From positions 4,980-66,256 of the forward strand of contig JBBTUJ010000001.1 in assembly GCA_038063815.1 (NCBI GenBank): 61,277 bases of DNA, read 5' to 3'. Below, one piece after another: positions 1 to 10,195 of the stretch. The notes below the pieces were generated by a model. That model was not told the origin of the DNA. It worked only from the letters and a program-made list of their open reading frames with translations, and made no database searches. Every line of letters starts with the position of its first letter. Position 1 is the stretch's first letter. The position numbers and the translations under genes were made by a program. This DNA is from Patescibacteria group bacterium. GTDB lineage: Bacteria > Patescibacteriota > Minisyncoccia > Phycocordibacterales > EsbW-18.

Positions 1-82
1 CGCTATTCCGGACGACACATCAGTTGATTCATCAGGGTCCGTCTACGTTCAATAACATCTTCCGGAGGCACTTTCTCGCACA

Positions 83-1177
83 ATGAATCTTTCGATTGGC
101 ATTGTTGGGTTACCAAACGTCGGGAAATCGACTCTCTTTAACGCGCTTACAAAACAATCCGTTGATGCGGCGAACTATCCGTTTTGCACGATTGACCCAT
201 CTGTCGGTGTCGTCCGTGTTCCCGATGCACGGCTTGCGGCTCTTACGGCGCTCTCGAAGTCAGAAAAAACGATTCCCGCCGCAGTGCAATTTGTTGATAT
301 CGCAGGGTTGGTGAAGGGAGCATCAGAAGGGCAGGGATTGGGAAATCAATTCTTGACCCACATCCGCGAAACAGATGCGATCGCGCAGGTTGTGCGTATT
401 TTTGAGGACGACGATATCATTCACGTCTCGGGCGGGATTGATCCTCTGCGCGACATCGAAGTCATTAATCTCGAACTTATTCTTGCGGATATGCAGGTTG
501 TGACAAAGCGTTTGGGGTCAGTTGAAAAGGATGTCCGCGCAGGAGTGAAAGAGGCGCGGCACGAAGAATCAGGACTCAAAAAGGTGAAAGAAGCACTCGA
601 AGCAAGCGCGTTTGCCGCCACGGCCACACTCACGGAAGAGGAAGAACCAGAAGTCAAAAAACTCAATCTTCTCACGATGAAGAAGATGCTCTATGTTTTG
701 AATACAAAATCGGGAGGAAAGAATCTGGATGAGATGAAAGATGAAAGATGGACACGACTCACCGATTTTCTCTCCGCTTCAGGAAGTGCGTCGGTCATCG
801 TTGATGCTGTAACTGAATCCGATCTTAAAGATGTGTCGGACGAAGAACGTATCGCAATGCACAAAGAACTTGGGGTCCGAGGTGGCATCGATGATTTGAT
901 CGTCGAAGGGTACAAACTCCTCGACCTCATCACATTTCTTACCACCGGGGAAGACGAAACTCGGGCGTGGACGATCCAAAGAGGTTCGACAGCACCTGTT
1001 GCAGGAACGGCGATTCATACCGATTTCAAAGATAAATTCATCCGCGCGGAGGTCGTCTTTTGGAAAGACCTCATTGATGCGGGTTCGTATGCCGCTGCGC
1101 GCGAAAAGGGAGTAGTGCGCACGGAAGGAAAAGAATACATTGTCAAAGATGGAGATGTCATAGAATTTAGGATATGA
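83..1177 (+). CDS. ychF: Redox-regulated ATPase YchF (Obg family)
   Basis: N-terminal GIVGLPNVGKSTLFNALT, ANYPFCTIDP, DIAGLVKGASEGQGLGNQFL, and C-terminal TGS domain ending YIVKDGDVIEFR. Confidence 0.98.
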   Translation: MNLSIGIVGLPNVGKSTLFNALTKQSVDAANYPFCTIDPSVGVVRVPDARLAALTALSKSEKTIPAAVQFVDIAGLVKGASEGQGLGNQFLTHIRETDAIAQVVRIFEDDDIIHVSGGIDPLRDIEVINLELILADMQVVTKRLGSVEKDVRAGVKEARHEESGLKKVKEALEASAFAATATLTEEEEPEVKKLNLLTMKKMLYVLNTKSGGKNLDEMKDERWTRLTDFLSASGSASVIVDAVTESDLKDVSDEERIAMHKELGVRGGIDDLIVEGYKLLDLITFLTTGEDETRAWTIQRGSTAPVAGTAIHTDFKDKFIRAEVVFWKDLIDAGSYAAAREKGVVRTEGKEYIVKDGDVIEFRI

Positions 1178-1590
1178 GTAAGACATTTTATATAGCGGCA
1201 CGGCCTTCGAAGCGAAGGGATCTTGTTGATGAGATTGCGAATTTGTTACAAGCTCGTGGGTGGCAAAATGCATTTGACTGGGTTGCTCACGAAAAGGATG
1301 GAAACATACCGCGACCGTACGCTTCTTGTCCAGACAAATCGTATGAAAGCTCAAATACAATGTTGCGAGCAGCCGCAACATGCGATCTTTTCATTCTTAT
1401 CTACGACGATGATTTGGTTGGGGCGAACATGGAATATGGTGTGGCGCGATATACACTTCTTACACAAAAAGGGAAGCGTATTGTTGTCCTTCACGGCGGT
1501 GAGCGCGACAATTTGTTTATCCACGGCCCAAATATCTCCCATGTCGAAAACCCCGAGGCCTTACAGGAATGGATAGTTACAAAGTGTTAA
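1174..1590 (+). CDS. Hypothetical protein, nucleoside 2-deoxyribosyltransferase-like fold
   Basis: 138 aa overlapping the ychF stop. FYIAA N-terminal strand, 'CDLFILI' and 'GANMEYGVA' resemble the NDT family G-x-x-x-E-x-G-x-A motif. The family call is inference. Confidence 0.5.
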   Translation: MSKTFYIAARPSKRRDLVDEIANLLQARGWQNAFDWVAHEKDGNIPRPYASCPDKSYESSNTMLRAAATCDLFILIYDDDLVGANMEYGVARYTLLTQKGKRIVVLHGGERDNLFIHGPNISHVENPEALQEWIVTKC

Positions 1591-1646
1591 ATAAGATTTG
1601 AAACGGAGTATACTGTGTGTATTACTTACTCTTCTAACTCTATTAT

Positions 1647-2597
1647 ATGGACCAAACACTTGAGCGCCCGAAGATGTCACCGAAGGATTTCTTCGTTTAC
1701 TTGGGAACTGCGATAACACTTTATGCTTCAGCAGGAAGCTTGCTCGCGCTTCTCTTCTCGATTATTAATACGAAGCTTCCGGACCCCGTTGCGCTTTCGT
1801 ACTATTACGGTCCTGGAACAGGATCTCTCACATTCGCGATTTCATCTCTCATCGTTGTATTCCCACTTTTTCTTTTTCTTTCCTACTACATACGAAAAGA
1901 GATCGGGCATGAACCCGCAAAAGCAAATCTCTCGATCCGTAAGTGGTTTGTGTGGCTGACGCTTTTCATCACCGGCGCAACGATCGCAGGAGATGTCATT
2001 GCGCTCGTGAACACGTACTTGGATGGTGAGATGACGATGCGCTTCGTGTGGAAGATGCTCGCCGTCCTTGTTGTCGCGGGGGCCATCTTCGCGTACTACC
2101 TCTATGACATGCGCCGCGCACGCGCCGGAATCACAACCGTGAATAAACCGTTACTCTGGATTGCGGCACTCGGTGTCCTTGCGAGCGTTGTTCTCGGGTT
2201 CGTTGTTGTCGGATCACCTTCGACACAGCGCGCCATTCGCTTTGACACCATGCGCGAACAGCATTTGAACGATATCCAGTGGCAGATACTCAATCATTGG
2301 CAGACAAGAGAAGTATTGCCTGAAACGCTTGCTGACCTCACCAATGAATTCAGCGGATATATCATTCCCACAGATCCTGAGACAAAGGCGGCATACGAGT
2401 ATCACATTCTTGGACCTCTCACATTTGACCTCTGTGCCACGTTCAATAGGGCAACCGAAGAGATGTCTACACAAGAATCAGTGGCTCGGTACATGACGGG
2501 GGGAGGGGGACTGAATCCTATATTCAAACATGATGCCGGAAGAACATGTTTCGAACGGACGATTGATTCTGTAGCGTACCCGCCGTACAAAAATTAA
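1647..2597 (+). CDS. Multi-pass membrane protein (DUF5671-like, common in Patescibacteria)
   Basis: 316 aa with about 5 hydrophobic helices followed by a soluble C-terminal domain (GSP..QR..RFD..R motif). Confidence 0.7.
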   Translation: MDQTLERPKMSPKDFFVYLGTAITLYASAGSLLALLFSIINTKLPDPVALSYYYGPGTGSLTFAISSLIVVFPLFLFLSYYIRKEIGHEPAKANLSIRKWFVWLTLFITGATIAGDVIALVNTYLDGEMTMRFVWKMLAVLVVAGAIFAYYLYDMRRARAGITTVNKPLLWIAALGVLASVVLGFVVVGSPSTQRAIRFDTMREQHLNDIQWQILNHWQTREVLPETLADLTNEFSGYIIPTDPETKAAYEYHILGPLTFDLCATFNRATEEMSTQESVARYMTGGGGLNPIFKHDAGRTCFERTIDSVAYPPYKN

Positions 2598-2686
2598 CAA
2601 CCTACAACCAATCACCCACAACTAACAACAGGGATTACTCGTTTTTGCCCCCTGGCTGTTGTTAGTAGTGGGTCGTGGGTTGTTAG
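2595..2686. repeat. 7-nt-periodic imperfect hairpin element
   Basis: Left arm taacaac-ctacaac-caatcac-ccacaac-taacaac; right arm ...gctgttg-ttagtag-tgggtcg-tgggttg-ttag, complementary to the left arm. Confidence 0.8.
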
Positions 2687-2719
2687 TTTTTGGGCCTTTC
2701 ATGTACCATATTGCTATCT

Positions 2720-5620
2720 ATGGAGGGGTACGATCACAAAACAATCGAAGAAAAGTGGCGCGCGGAGTGGGAGAAAAACCACAACAACATTGCAAAAGAT
2801 CTCTCGGACAAAAAGAAGACGTATCTTTTGGTTGAATTCCCATATCCTTCGGGCGAAGGACTTCATGTTGGGCATGTGCGGGGTTACACAGCACTTGATG
2901 TCGTCGCACGCAAGCATCGAAGGCAAAACGAAAGCGTGCTTTTCCCGATAGGGTGGGATGCGTTTGGTTTGCCGACGGAGAACTATGCTCTTAAAACGGG
3001 CCGTGATCCCCGCGAAGTCACCAAGGAGAACACCGATGTGTTTCGCGGACAGATGAAGCGTCTCGGGCTCTCGTTTAATTGGAACCACGAAGTGAACACA
3101 ACCGATCCGGCGTACTACAAATGGACACAGTGGATATTCCTGCAACTCCACAAACATAAGCTTGCGTATAAAGCAAAAACAACAATCAACTGGTGTCCGA
3201 AAGATAAGATCGGACTTGCGAACGAAGAAGTCGTTGATGGATGTTGTGAACGTTGCGGCACTCTTGTTGAAAAGCGCGAGCGCGAGCAGTGGATGCTTGC
3301 AATAACGAAGTACGCAAAACGTCTCTATGACGATCTGGATACGGTTAATTATATTGAGCGCGCGAAAGTGGGGCAGAGAAATTGGATTGGGCCTTCGGAG
3401 GGGGCTGTTATTACATTCGAAATCCGAAGTGCGAACCGTGAAGTAGAAGCACCTATCGAAGTGTTTACAACGCGACCCGATACACTTTTTGGGGCGACGT
3501 ATCTTGTGATCTCGCCAGAGCACCCACTGATCACGAAGCTTGAATCGCGAATCGTGAATCACGCTGAAGTGCAAAAATACGTAGAGGAGGCAAAGAAAAA
3601 ACCAGAAATCGAACGGACCGCGGAAGGAAAGGAAAAGACGGGGGTACTCCTCGAAGGAATACGAGCAATCAATCCTGGGAATAAAGAAGAGATCCCGGTG
3701 TTCATCGCGGATTATGTTCTCGCGTCATATGGAACGGGTGCCATCATGGCCGTTCCTGCGCACGATGAGAGGGACTTCGAGTTTGCGAAGAAGTATGAAC
3801 TGTCTATCAAACAGGTGATTGCCCCTGAAACAGGTGTCCGCCGAGAGAATGAGGAGGAACGTAATGGTGGTGTAGGAATTGTTTTTGATCCTGCACGGCA
3901 GAGATATGCGGTGGGACGACAAAAGAATGGTCTCGCGCGTCTTTTTTCCGGAGGTGTTGATGATGGCGAATCTATTCAGGAGGGGACACTTCGTGAGGTG
4001 GCCGAAGAGAGCGGGTTATTCGATTTTAAACATGTCGAGTATATAGGGAAAACGTACGCGCATTATCACAATAGTTTGCGCAACGTGAACAGATTAGCGT
4101 GGGCGAGCGCTTTTCTAGTCATTTTGGATTCTTCTGATGTGAAAGAGGTCAGACATGAATCCCACGAGGATTTTGAGCTCGAATGGATCACAGGGAAGGA
4201 CCTCTGGAATAATCTGGTCGAACATAATATTGAGGGTTCGACAGACCACTGGCTCTGGTTTTTGCGGCAGGGTATTGGTCGGGCGATTGACCTCGGATAC
4301 GACACAGAAAGCGACAAGGCCTTCTTTGCGCAATCTCCGTATACGGGGGAGGGTATTCTTACCGACTCGGGTGAGTTCTCTGGGATGAAAAGCGAAGAGG
4401 CAAAAAAGAAAATCACAGAGTTTGTTGGTGGGGAAATGAAGACAACATATAAACTCCGCGACTGGGTATTCTCTCGGCAAAGATATTGGGGAGAGCCGAT
4501 TCCGCTCATCAACTGCGAGAAGTGTGGTTGGGTTGCTGTTCCTGAGAAAGATCTCCCCGTTACTCTTCCTATTGTGGAAAAGTACCAACCAACAGACACG
4601 GGGGATTCTCCTCTTGCGAATATCTCCGAGTGGGTGAATACGACATGCCCTACATGTGGCGGGTCTGCAAAACGCGAAACAGACGTGATGCCGAATTGGG
4701 CGGGCTCGTCGTGGTACTACCTCCGGTATTGCGATCCAACAAACAAGGAGACACTCGCTGATTTTGAAAAAATGAAATACTGGCTTCCAGTCGACTGGTA
4801 CAACGGCGGCATGGAACATACAACACTTCACCTTTTGTATTCACGTTTCTGGCACAAATTTTTGTACGATATAAAAGTCGTTCCGACTCCAGAGCCATAC
4901 GCAAGACGAACAAGTCACGGCCTCATTCTCGCAGAAGGAGGAGAAAAGATGTCGAAGTCAAAAGGAAATGTGGTGAATCCAGACGATATCATTAAACAGT
5001 TTGGTGCAGACACGCTTCGTGTGTATGAGATGTTCATGGGTCCTTTTGATCAGGCGATTGCGTGGTCAACGGACGGTCTTGTTGGCGTACGAAGATTCTT
5101 GGAGCGCATTCTTCGTATGTCAGAACGCCTCCACGATATCCCGTTGCCTCAGGAACTTGAGACACTTCTCAACCAGTCAATCAAAAAAGTTGGAGACGAT
5201 ATTGAATCGCTTCGTATGAACACGGCGGTCTCTCAGCTTATGATCTTTGCGAATGCGTTACAAAAAGAGGAAAAAATTCCAAAGGAAGCATTCTTGACGT
5301 TCATACTCCTTCTCGCTCCGCTCGCCCCGTTCCTTTCTGAAGAAATATGGCAAGGTCTTGGGGGCGCAATGTCAGTTCACAAAGAGGCGTGGCCGAAACA
5401 CGACCCCTCAAAACTTGTGGGTGAGGAAGTGACGATTGGCGTACAGATAAACGGGAAGATCCGGGGGTCCATTTCCTGCCCCGCGGGCACCCCCGAAGCG
5501 ACTGTTTTGGCCCTTGCCCGGGCAGAGGCAAACGTCGAAAAATGGCTTAACGGCAAGGATATTGTCAAAATCATCTATATACAAGATAAGATATTAAACG
5601 TCGTGGCAAGGGATGCTTGA
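2720..5620 (+). CDS. leuS: Leucine--tRNA ligase with inserted Nudix hydrolase domain
   Basis: HVGH and KMSKS motifs, FPYPSG, editing-domain TTRPDTLFG and GTGAIMAVPAHDERD. Nudix box GGVDDGESIQEGTLREVAEESGL at 3950-4018. Start placed at ATG 2720. Confidence 0.97.
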   Translation: MEGYDHKTIEEKWRAEWEKNHNNIAKDLSDKKKTYLLVEFPYPSGEGLHVGHVRGYTALDVVARKHRRQNESVLFPIGWDAFGLPTENYALKTGRDPREVTKENTDVFRGQMKRLGLSFNWNHEVNTTDPAYYKWTQWIFLQLHKHKLAYKAKTTINWCPKDKIGLANEEVVDGCCERCGTLVEKREREQWMLAITKYAKRLYDDLDTVNYIERAKVGQRNWIGPSEGAVITFEIRSANREVEAPIEVFTTRPDTLFGATYLVISPEHPLITKLESRIVNHAEVQKYVEEAKKKPEIERTAEGKEKTGVLLEGIRAINPGNKEEIPVFIADYVLASYGTGAIMAVPAHDERDFEFAKKYELSIKQVIAPETGVRRENEEERNGGVGIVFDPARQRYAVGRQKNGLARLFSGGVDDGESIQEGTLREVAEESGLFDFKHVEYIGKTYAHYHNSLRNVNRLAWASAFLVILDSSDVKEVRHESHEDFELEWITGKDLWNNLVEHNIEGSTDHWLWFLRQGIGRAIDLGYDTESDKAFFAQSPYTGEGILTDSGEFSGMKSEEAKKKITEFVGGEMKTTYKLRDWVFSRQRYWGEPIPLINCEKCGWVAVPEKDLPVTLPIVEKYQPTDTGDSPLANISEWVNTTCPTCGGSAKRETDVMPNWAGSSWYYLRYCDPTNKETLADFEKMKYWLPVDWYNGGMEHTTLHLLYSRFWHKFLYDIKVVPTPEPYARRTSHGLILAEGGEKMSKSKGNVVNPDDIIKQFGADTLRVYEMFMGPFDQAIAWSTDGLVGVRRFLERILRMSERLHDIPLPQELETLLNQSIKKVGDDIESLRMNTAVSQLMIFANALQKEEKIPKEAFLTFILLLAPLAPFLSEEIWQGLGGAMSVHKEAWPKHDPSKLVGEEVTIGVQINGKIRGSISCPAGTPEATVLALARAEANVEKWLNGKDIVKIIYIQDKILNVVARDA

Positions 5621-5688
5621 CGCAAAACCCATACCATGATACATTACTAGGTATACAGAAAGGGGTATTCTATAATTCTTTATCCGCC

Positions 5689-6753
5689 ATGGGAAAAAAG
5701 GTCTCAAAAGTAAAAGTAGTCAAACCGATTGCGGTAAACTTCAATCCAAAAGCAGTTACCAAGCGCCTCCTTGGTGCGCTTACAACGCGTGCAAAAGACG
5801 TAATCATCAAACGCTACGGATTGGGTGACAAAACGAAACGAATGACACTTGAATCTATCGGCGGAGAATATGGAATCACCCGCGAACGAGTTCGACAGAT
5901 CGAAAACTATGCACTCCAGACGATTCGTAAGGCGGACGCGTACAAGAAAGAGGCGGGTGTCTTTGAACTGCTCAAAGAAGAAATGCTTTTCTTTGGCGGC
6001 ATCGTTTCCGAGGAACATTTTCTTGAACACCTTTCAAAAGAGGGAAGCGCACGAAACCATTTTCACTTCCTTCTCGTTGTTGGCGATACATTTGAAAAGA
6101 GAAAAGAGGATGACCACTTCGAACACCGTTGGCACGCAGATGAAGATATTGCTGAAAAAGTCGAAGACGCATTGAAGCGTATGTACGAGAAACTCTCTGA
6201 CGAGGAGTTGCTGTCTGAAACAGAGATCATCAAGATGTTTCTCGATCACGTCAAAGATCTTTCCGATAAGTATCGCGATGAAGAGATGGTAAAACGATGG
6301 CTCTTGATTTCAAAAAAGATTGGTAGCAATGACCTGGGCGAATGGGGCCCCTCTGCATCTCCCTCGATAACACCGAAGGGTATCCGCGACTATGCATATC
6401 TTGCGATCAGAAACCACGGTTCACCGCTCCATTTCACGGAAGTCGCAAAGCGGATTGAAGAACTGTTTGACAAGAAGGCGCACGTTGCAACGGCACACAA
6501 TGAACTTATCAAGGATGAACGCTTTGTACTTGTTGGACGTGGTCTCTACGCTCTCTCTGAATGGGGATATGTTGAAGGGGTTGTGCGCGATGTCATCAGA
6601 AAGATCCTTAAGGAACACGGCGCGCTCACTAAAGAGGAAGTAATCGAAAAGGTTCTCAAAGAACGCTACGTGAAGCCGAATACCATTCTCGTCAATTTGC
6701 AGGACAGCAAGCACTTCTCAAAGAAGGGTGACGGCACCTACACCCTCAACTAA
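5689..6753 (+). CDS. Sigma-70 region-4-like HTH plus C-terminal winged-HTH (HARE-HTH/RNAP delta-like) protein
   Basis: 'RYGL...MTLESIGGEYGITRERVRQIE' is a sigma-70 r4-type HTH. C-terminal 'PLHFTEVA...TAHNELIKDERFVLVGRGLYALSEWG'. Start placed at ATG 5689. Confidence 0.75.
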   Translation: MGKKVSKVKVVKPIAVNFNPKAVTKRLLGALTTRAKDVIIKRYGLGDKTKRMTLESIGGEYGITRERVRQIENYALQTIRKADAYKKEAGVFELLKEEMLFFGGIVSEEHFLEHLSKEGSARNHFHFLLVVGDTFEKRKEDDHFEHRWHADEDIAEKVEDALKRMYEKLSDEELLSETEIIKMFLDHVKDLSDKYRDEEMVKRWLLISKKIGSNDLGEWGPSASPSITPKGIRDYAYLAIRNHGSPLHFTEVAKRIEELFDKKAHVATAHNELIKDERFVLVGRGLYALSEWGYVEGVVRDVIRKILKEHGALTKEEVIEKVLKERYVKPNTILVNLQDSKHFSKKGDGTYTLN

Positions 6754-6916
6754 GAGTACGTTTAAAATCACAACCTGCTTTGTTGCGTGCTCCGGTACTT
6801 CCTCATGATAGGTCCAACTATCACTCGGTTCGTTCCTCGCCCGCGTCGCGCATCTTGCGATTTTAAACACACTCCTGTTCCTAGCGTGTCTTTTTAGAGC
6901 GCGGTATGATGTTTGT

Positions 6917-8209
6917 ATGATTGCGTATCTGTTTGACACCCTTTCGCCGATCGGAGATATTCTCGGCACCCTCTTTCGCTACGCGCCCCTGTGGCTTCCC
7001 GTTATTCTCCTTTTTGCCTTCTGGAAACTGTGGGTTGCATCCCGGCGTGCGCTTTTTATTACAGGTAAAGAGCCCGTCTTGCTTGAGATCCGCATTCCAA
7101 AAGAAATAAGTAAGTCCCCCCTTGCGATGGAAGTCGTGATGGGCGCGTTTTGGAATCCGACAGGCGAAGCGACGTTCGTTGACCGTTATTGGAAGGGTGG
7201 TGTGCGTCCGTGGTTCTCGCTTGAACTTGTCTCGATTGAAGGGCAAGTCCGCTTTTTCATTTGGACATGGAAAGGGTCTGTGAAGCACATCCAGAACAGC
7301 ATCTATGCGCAGTATCCCGGGACGGAGATTACCGAGGTGCCTGACTATACGCTTGAATTCCTTTTTGATCCTGACAAGGCCGATCTTCAAGGAATGGAAC
7401 TTGCACTTAACAAACCCGATCCGTATCCCATAAAGACGTATGTTGATTACGGACTCGATAAAGACCCCAAAGAGGAGTTCAAGATTGATCCGCTGAACCA
7501 AACACTCGAATATCTTGGTGGTTTAGGAAAAGGGGAACAAGCATGGATCCAGATCATCCTTCGCGCGCACAAATCGGAGGACAAAAAGAAGGGTGGGCCA
7601 TTTGCGGGAATCAAAAGTGTCGAGGACATGTTCGAACTCGTCCCCAAAGTACAAGACCAAATGAAAAAAACGGATAAGTGGAAAGATGATGTGAAGGTGG
7701 AGATTGAAAAGATTGTTAAAAAAAGGAAACTCCAAGGGAGCGGAGAAGATGATGACAATAATAAGGGCGTTACGCTTACTCCTGTTGAAAAAGAAATCGT
7801 TGGGGCTTTGGAGCGAAGCATCACCAAGTCGGGATATGATGTCGGAATCCGCCTCATCTATGCGGCAGAAAAAGATTCATTCAACTCCGCACACAAAGGA
7901 GCACTGGGGGCTATCTTTGCGCAGTACAACACGGGACACTTGAACGGTTTCAAACCAGGATTCGGAACAGGATTTCTATACCCATGGCAGGACATCTTTG
8001 GATGGCGTACAGCAACGAGGAAGAAGGAAATATTTAATGCATATCGCTTGCGCGCATACTTCCATCCGCCGCACAAGAAAAAATGGTTTGTGTTAAACAG
8101 TGAAGAGTTGGCGACACTCTACCACTTCCCGGGGCAAGTTGCTGAAACGCCGACATTGGGACGCATCGAATCGACAAAGGGTGAGCCGCCCGTTAATCTT
8201 CCCACCTAA
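6917..8209 (+). CDS. Conserved Patescibacteria membrane-anchored protein of unknown function
   Basis: 430 aa with an N-terminal TM helix, 'LLEIRIPKE', 'SLELVS..GQVRFFIW' and a terminal 'EELATLYHFPG...PPVNLP'. Resembles domains associated with CPR VirD4-like ATPases (inference). Confidence 0.6.
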   Translation: MIAYLFDTLSPIGDILGTLFRYAPLWLPVILLFAFWKLWVASRRALFITGKEPVLLEIRIPKEISKSPLAMEVVMGAFWNPTGEATFVDRYWKGGVRPWFSLELVSIEGQVRFFIWTWKGSVKHIQNSIYAQYPGTEITEVPDYTLEFLFDPDKADLQGMELALNKPDPYPIKTYVDYGLDKDPKEEFKIDPLNQTLEYLGGLGKGEQAWIQIILRAHKSEDKKKGGPFAGIKSVEDMFELVPKVQDQMKKTDKWKDDVKVEIEKIVKKRKLQGSGEDDDNNKGVTLTPVEKEIVGALERSITKSGYDVGIRLIYAAEKDSFNSAHKGALGAIFAQYNTGHLNGFKPGFGTGFLYPWQDIFGWRTATRKKEIFNAYRLRAYFHPPHKKKWFVLNSEELATLYHFPGQVAETPTLGRIESTKGEPPVNLPT

Positions 8210-8213
8210 GAAC

Positions 8214-9158
8214 ATGTTCTCAGGTTTTATACAACGCCCCGTTCTCTGGGCGAGTGCGGGACTCGCGCTTTTTATTCTCCTTGCGCATACCCCTCTCCGG
8301 TTTATATCGGGAACTCTCATTAGTATTCCTCAAGGAGCATCATTTGGAACAGTTGCCGAGACACTTGAAGAAAAAAATATTATCACGTCTTCGACACTTC
8401 TTCGCGCGTGTATGGTTCTCTTTGGTGGTGCGGAACACGTGAAAGCGGGGGACTATCTCTTTTTGCAACCACAAGGATCGTGTGCTATTGCACGGCGCCT
8501 TTCAAAAGGGGAGTACGCGCTCACCTCCATTCGTGTCACATTTCCTGAAGGAACATCGATCGCCGGGATGGCGCGCATTCTTGTGGCGGAACTTCCCGCA
8601 TTCGATGGGGAAGAATTCAAGAGTATCGCAAGCACATCAGAAGGATACCTTTTTCCTGACACGTACTTCTTTCTTCCGAACACAACACCAGAAAGTGTTT
8701 TAAGTGACCTTAGACAAACATTCAATGACAAAACGACGAACCTACTGCCCGCAATCGCACTTTCTGATAGAACCATTGAAGATATCGTCACTATGGCATC
8801 GTTGCTCGAAGAAGAAGCTCGAACACTCGAGGACAAGAGAATCGTTGCGGGCATACTCTGGAAGCGTATCGACGAAGGCATGGCGCTCCAGGTTGACGCA
8901 CCGTTTATCTATATATTGGGCAAATCATCCCACGAACTCACCGGTGCGGACCTCGAGTTCGACTCGCCCTACAACACGTACCTCTACAGGGGCCTTCCAC
9001 CAACGTCAATTAGCAACCCAGGGCTTGAGTCCATGATGGCCGCGCTTACACCAACCGACACTGCCTATTGGTTTTATCTCTCTGATTCGGAAGGGACAAT
9101 GCACTATGCAGAAACATTTGAGGGACACAAAGCGAATAAAGAAAAGCATTTCGAGTAG
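8214..9158 (+). CDS. mltG: Endolytic transglycosylase MltG
   Basis: N-terminal TM; EGYLFPDTY, MASLLEEEA, LQVDA and SPYNTY...GLPPTSISNPG motifs. Start placed at ATG 8214. Confidence 0.95.
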   Translation: MFSGFIQRPVLWASAGLALFILLAHTPLRFISGTLISIPQGASFGTVAETLEEKNIITSSTLLRACMVLFGGAEHVKAGDYLFLQPQGSCAIARRLSKGEYALTSIRVTFPEGTSIAGMARILVAELPAFDGEEFKSIASTSEGYLFPDTYFFLPNTTPESVLSDLRQTFNDKTTNLLPAIALSDRTIEDIVTMASLLEEEARTLEDKRIVAGILWKRIDEGMALQVDAPFIYILGKSSHELTGADLEFDSPYNTYLYRGLPPTSISNPGLESMMAALTPTDTAYWFYLSDSEGTMHYAETFEGHKANKEKHFE

Positions 9159-9161
9159 TTT

Positions 9162-9809
9162 TTGCTGTATACTATTTTCATGATTATCACACACAACACG
9201 CTTGAATCGTTTAAGGTGCAGTTCGGCGACACGATGCTTGCTTTTAATCCTGTATCGAAGAAGTCAAAGCTCTCCGCTACGAGTTTTGGTGCTGATATCG
9301 TTTTGGTCACACTCAATCATCCTGACATGAATGGTATCGAAACTGTTGCGCGGGGGGACAAGGTGCCCTTCACGATCGTAGGGCCTGGAGAATATGAAGT
9401 GAAAGAGATCTTTGTCAAAGGATTTCCATCGGTCTCTTCCTATGGCGGCGAACAAGCGATCAATACGGTGTATACGGTCATCCTTGAAGACATGCGGCTC
9501 TGTTTCTTGGGGGCACTTGCAACGACCGACCTTCCGCCAGAGACCTTGGAAGCCATGGGAGACATCGACATTCTTTTTGCCCCAGTCGGAGGTGATGGTG
9601 TCCTCTCTCCAAAGGATGCGCACAAACTCTCGGTGTCTTTGGAGCCGCACTGTGTGATTCCGATGCACTACACCAAAGAGACACTCGCGGCATTTTTGAA
9701 AGAAGAGGGAGTGTCTGTGGAACCGCTTGATAAATTGACCATAAAAAAGAAAGATGTGCTTGAAAAGGAAGGGGAGATTTTTGTATTAAAACCAACAACA
9801 AACAACTAA
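9162..9809 (+). CDS. MBL-fold metallo-hydrolase
   Basis: 'ADIVLVTLNHPDMN', 'GPGEYEVK', 'DILFAPVGG' and 'VIPMHY' are typical of the beta-lactamase-fold family. Confidence 0.85.
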   Translation: MLYTIFMIITHNTLESFKVQFGDTMLAFNPVSKKSKLSATSFGADIVLVTLNHPDMNGIETVARGDKVPFTIVGPGEYEVKEIFVKGFPSVSSYGGEQAINTVYTVILEDMRLCFLGALATTDLPPETLEAMGDIDILFAPVGGDGVLSPKDAHKLSVSLEPHCVIPMHYTKETLAAFLKEEGVSVEPLDKLTIKKKDVLEKEGEIFVLKPTTNN

Positions 9810-9886
9810 CAACCAACGACGCATCATGAAAGAAAATACGCCTTTTGGTTTGTTGTTGGTCGTCGGTTGTGAGTCGTAGGTTATTT
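9793..9886. repeat. 7-nt-periodic imperfect hairpin element overlapping the MBL gene 3' end
   Basis: caacaac-aaacaac-taacaac-caacgac ... gttgttg-gtcgtcg-gttgtga-gtcgtag. Confidence 0.8.
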
Positions 9887-9888
9887 CT

Positions 9889-10134
9889 ATGTTTGATCTT
9901 ATTGCAAAATTGCAACAGAAACCCGAACCCGAACGTCGCCGCATTGCGTTTCTGGTATCTCTTGTGGTGACGGGTATAATCGTCGCAATCTGGCTTATCT
10001 CACTTTCCGTGCGCTTCGGTTCTCCCTCAAAGAAAACCGAGGAGCCTTCCTTGGACAAAAGCGCGCCTTTTTCCGCCCTGGGGGAGCAGTTTAAAAGCAC
10101 TCTTGATTCGTTCCAAAATCTCTTCAAAAACTAG
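9889..10134 (+). CDS. Small single-TM hypothetical protein
   Basis: 81 aa; 'LQQKPEPERRRIAFLVSLVVTGII' followed by one TM helix. Confidence 0.65.
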   Translation: MFDLIAKLQQKPEPERRRIAFLVSLVVTGIIVAIWLISLSVRFGSPSKKTEEPSLDKSAPFSALGEQFKSTLDSFQNLFKN

Positions 10135-10195
10135 TCACTTTGAGTGGAAAAGGGCTTTAAAAAGGCCTCTTTTGCTGTTATACTAGAGAACATCT

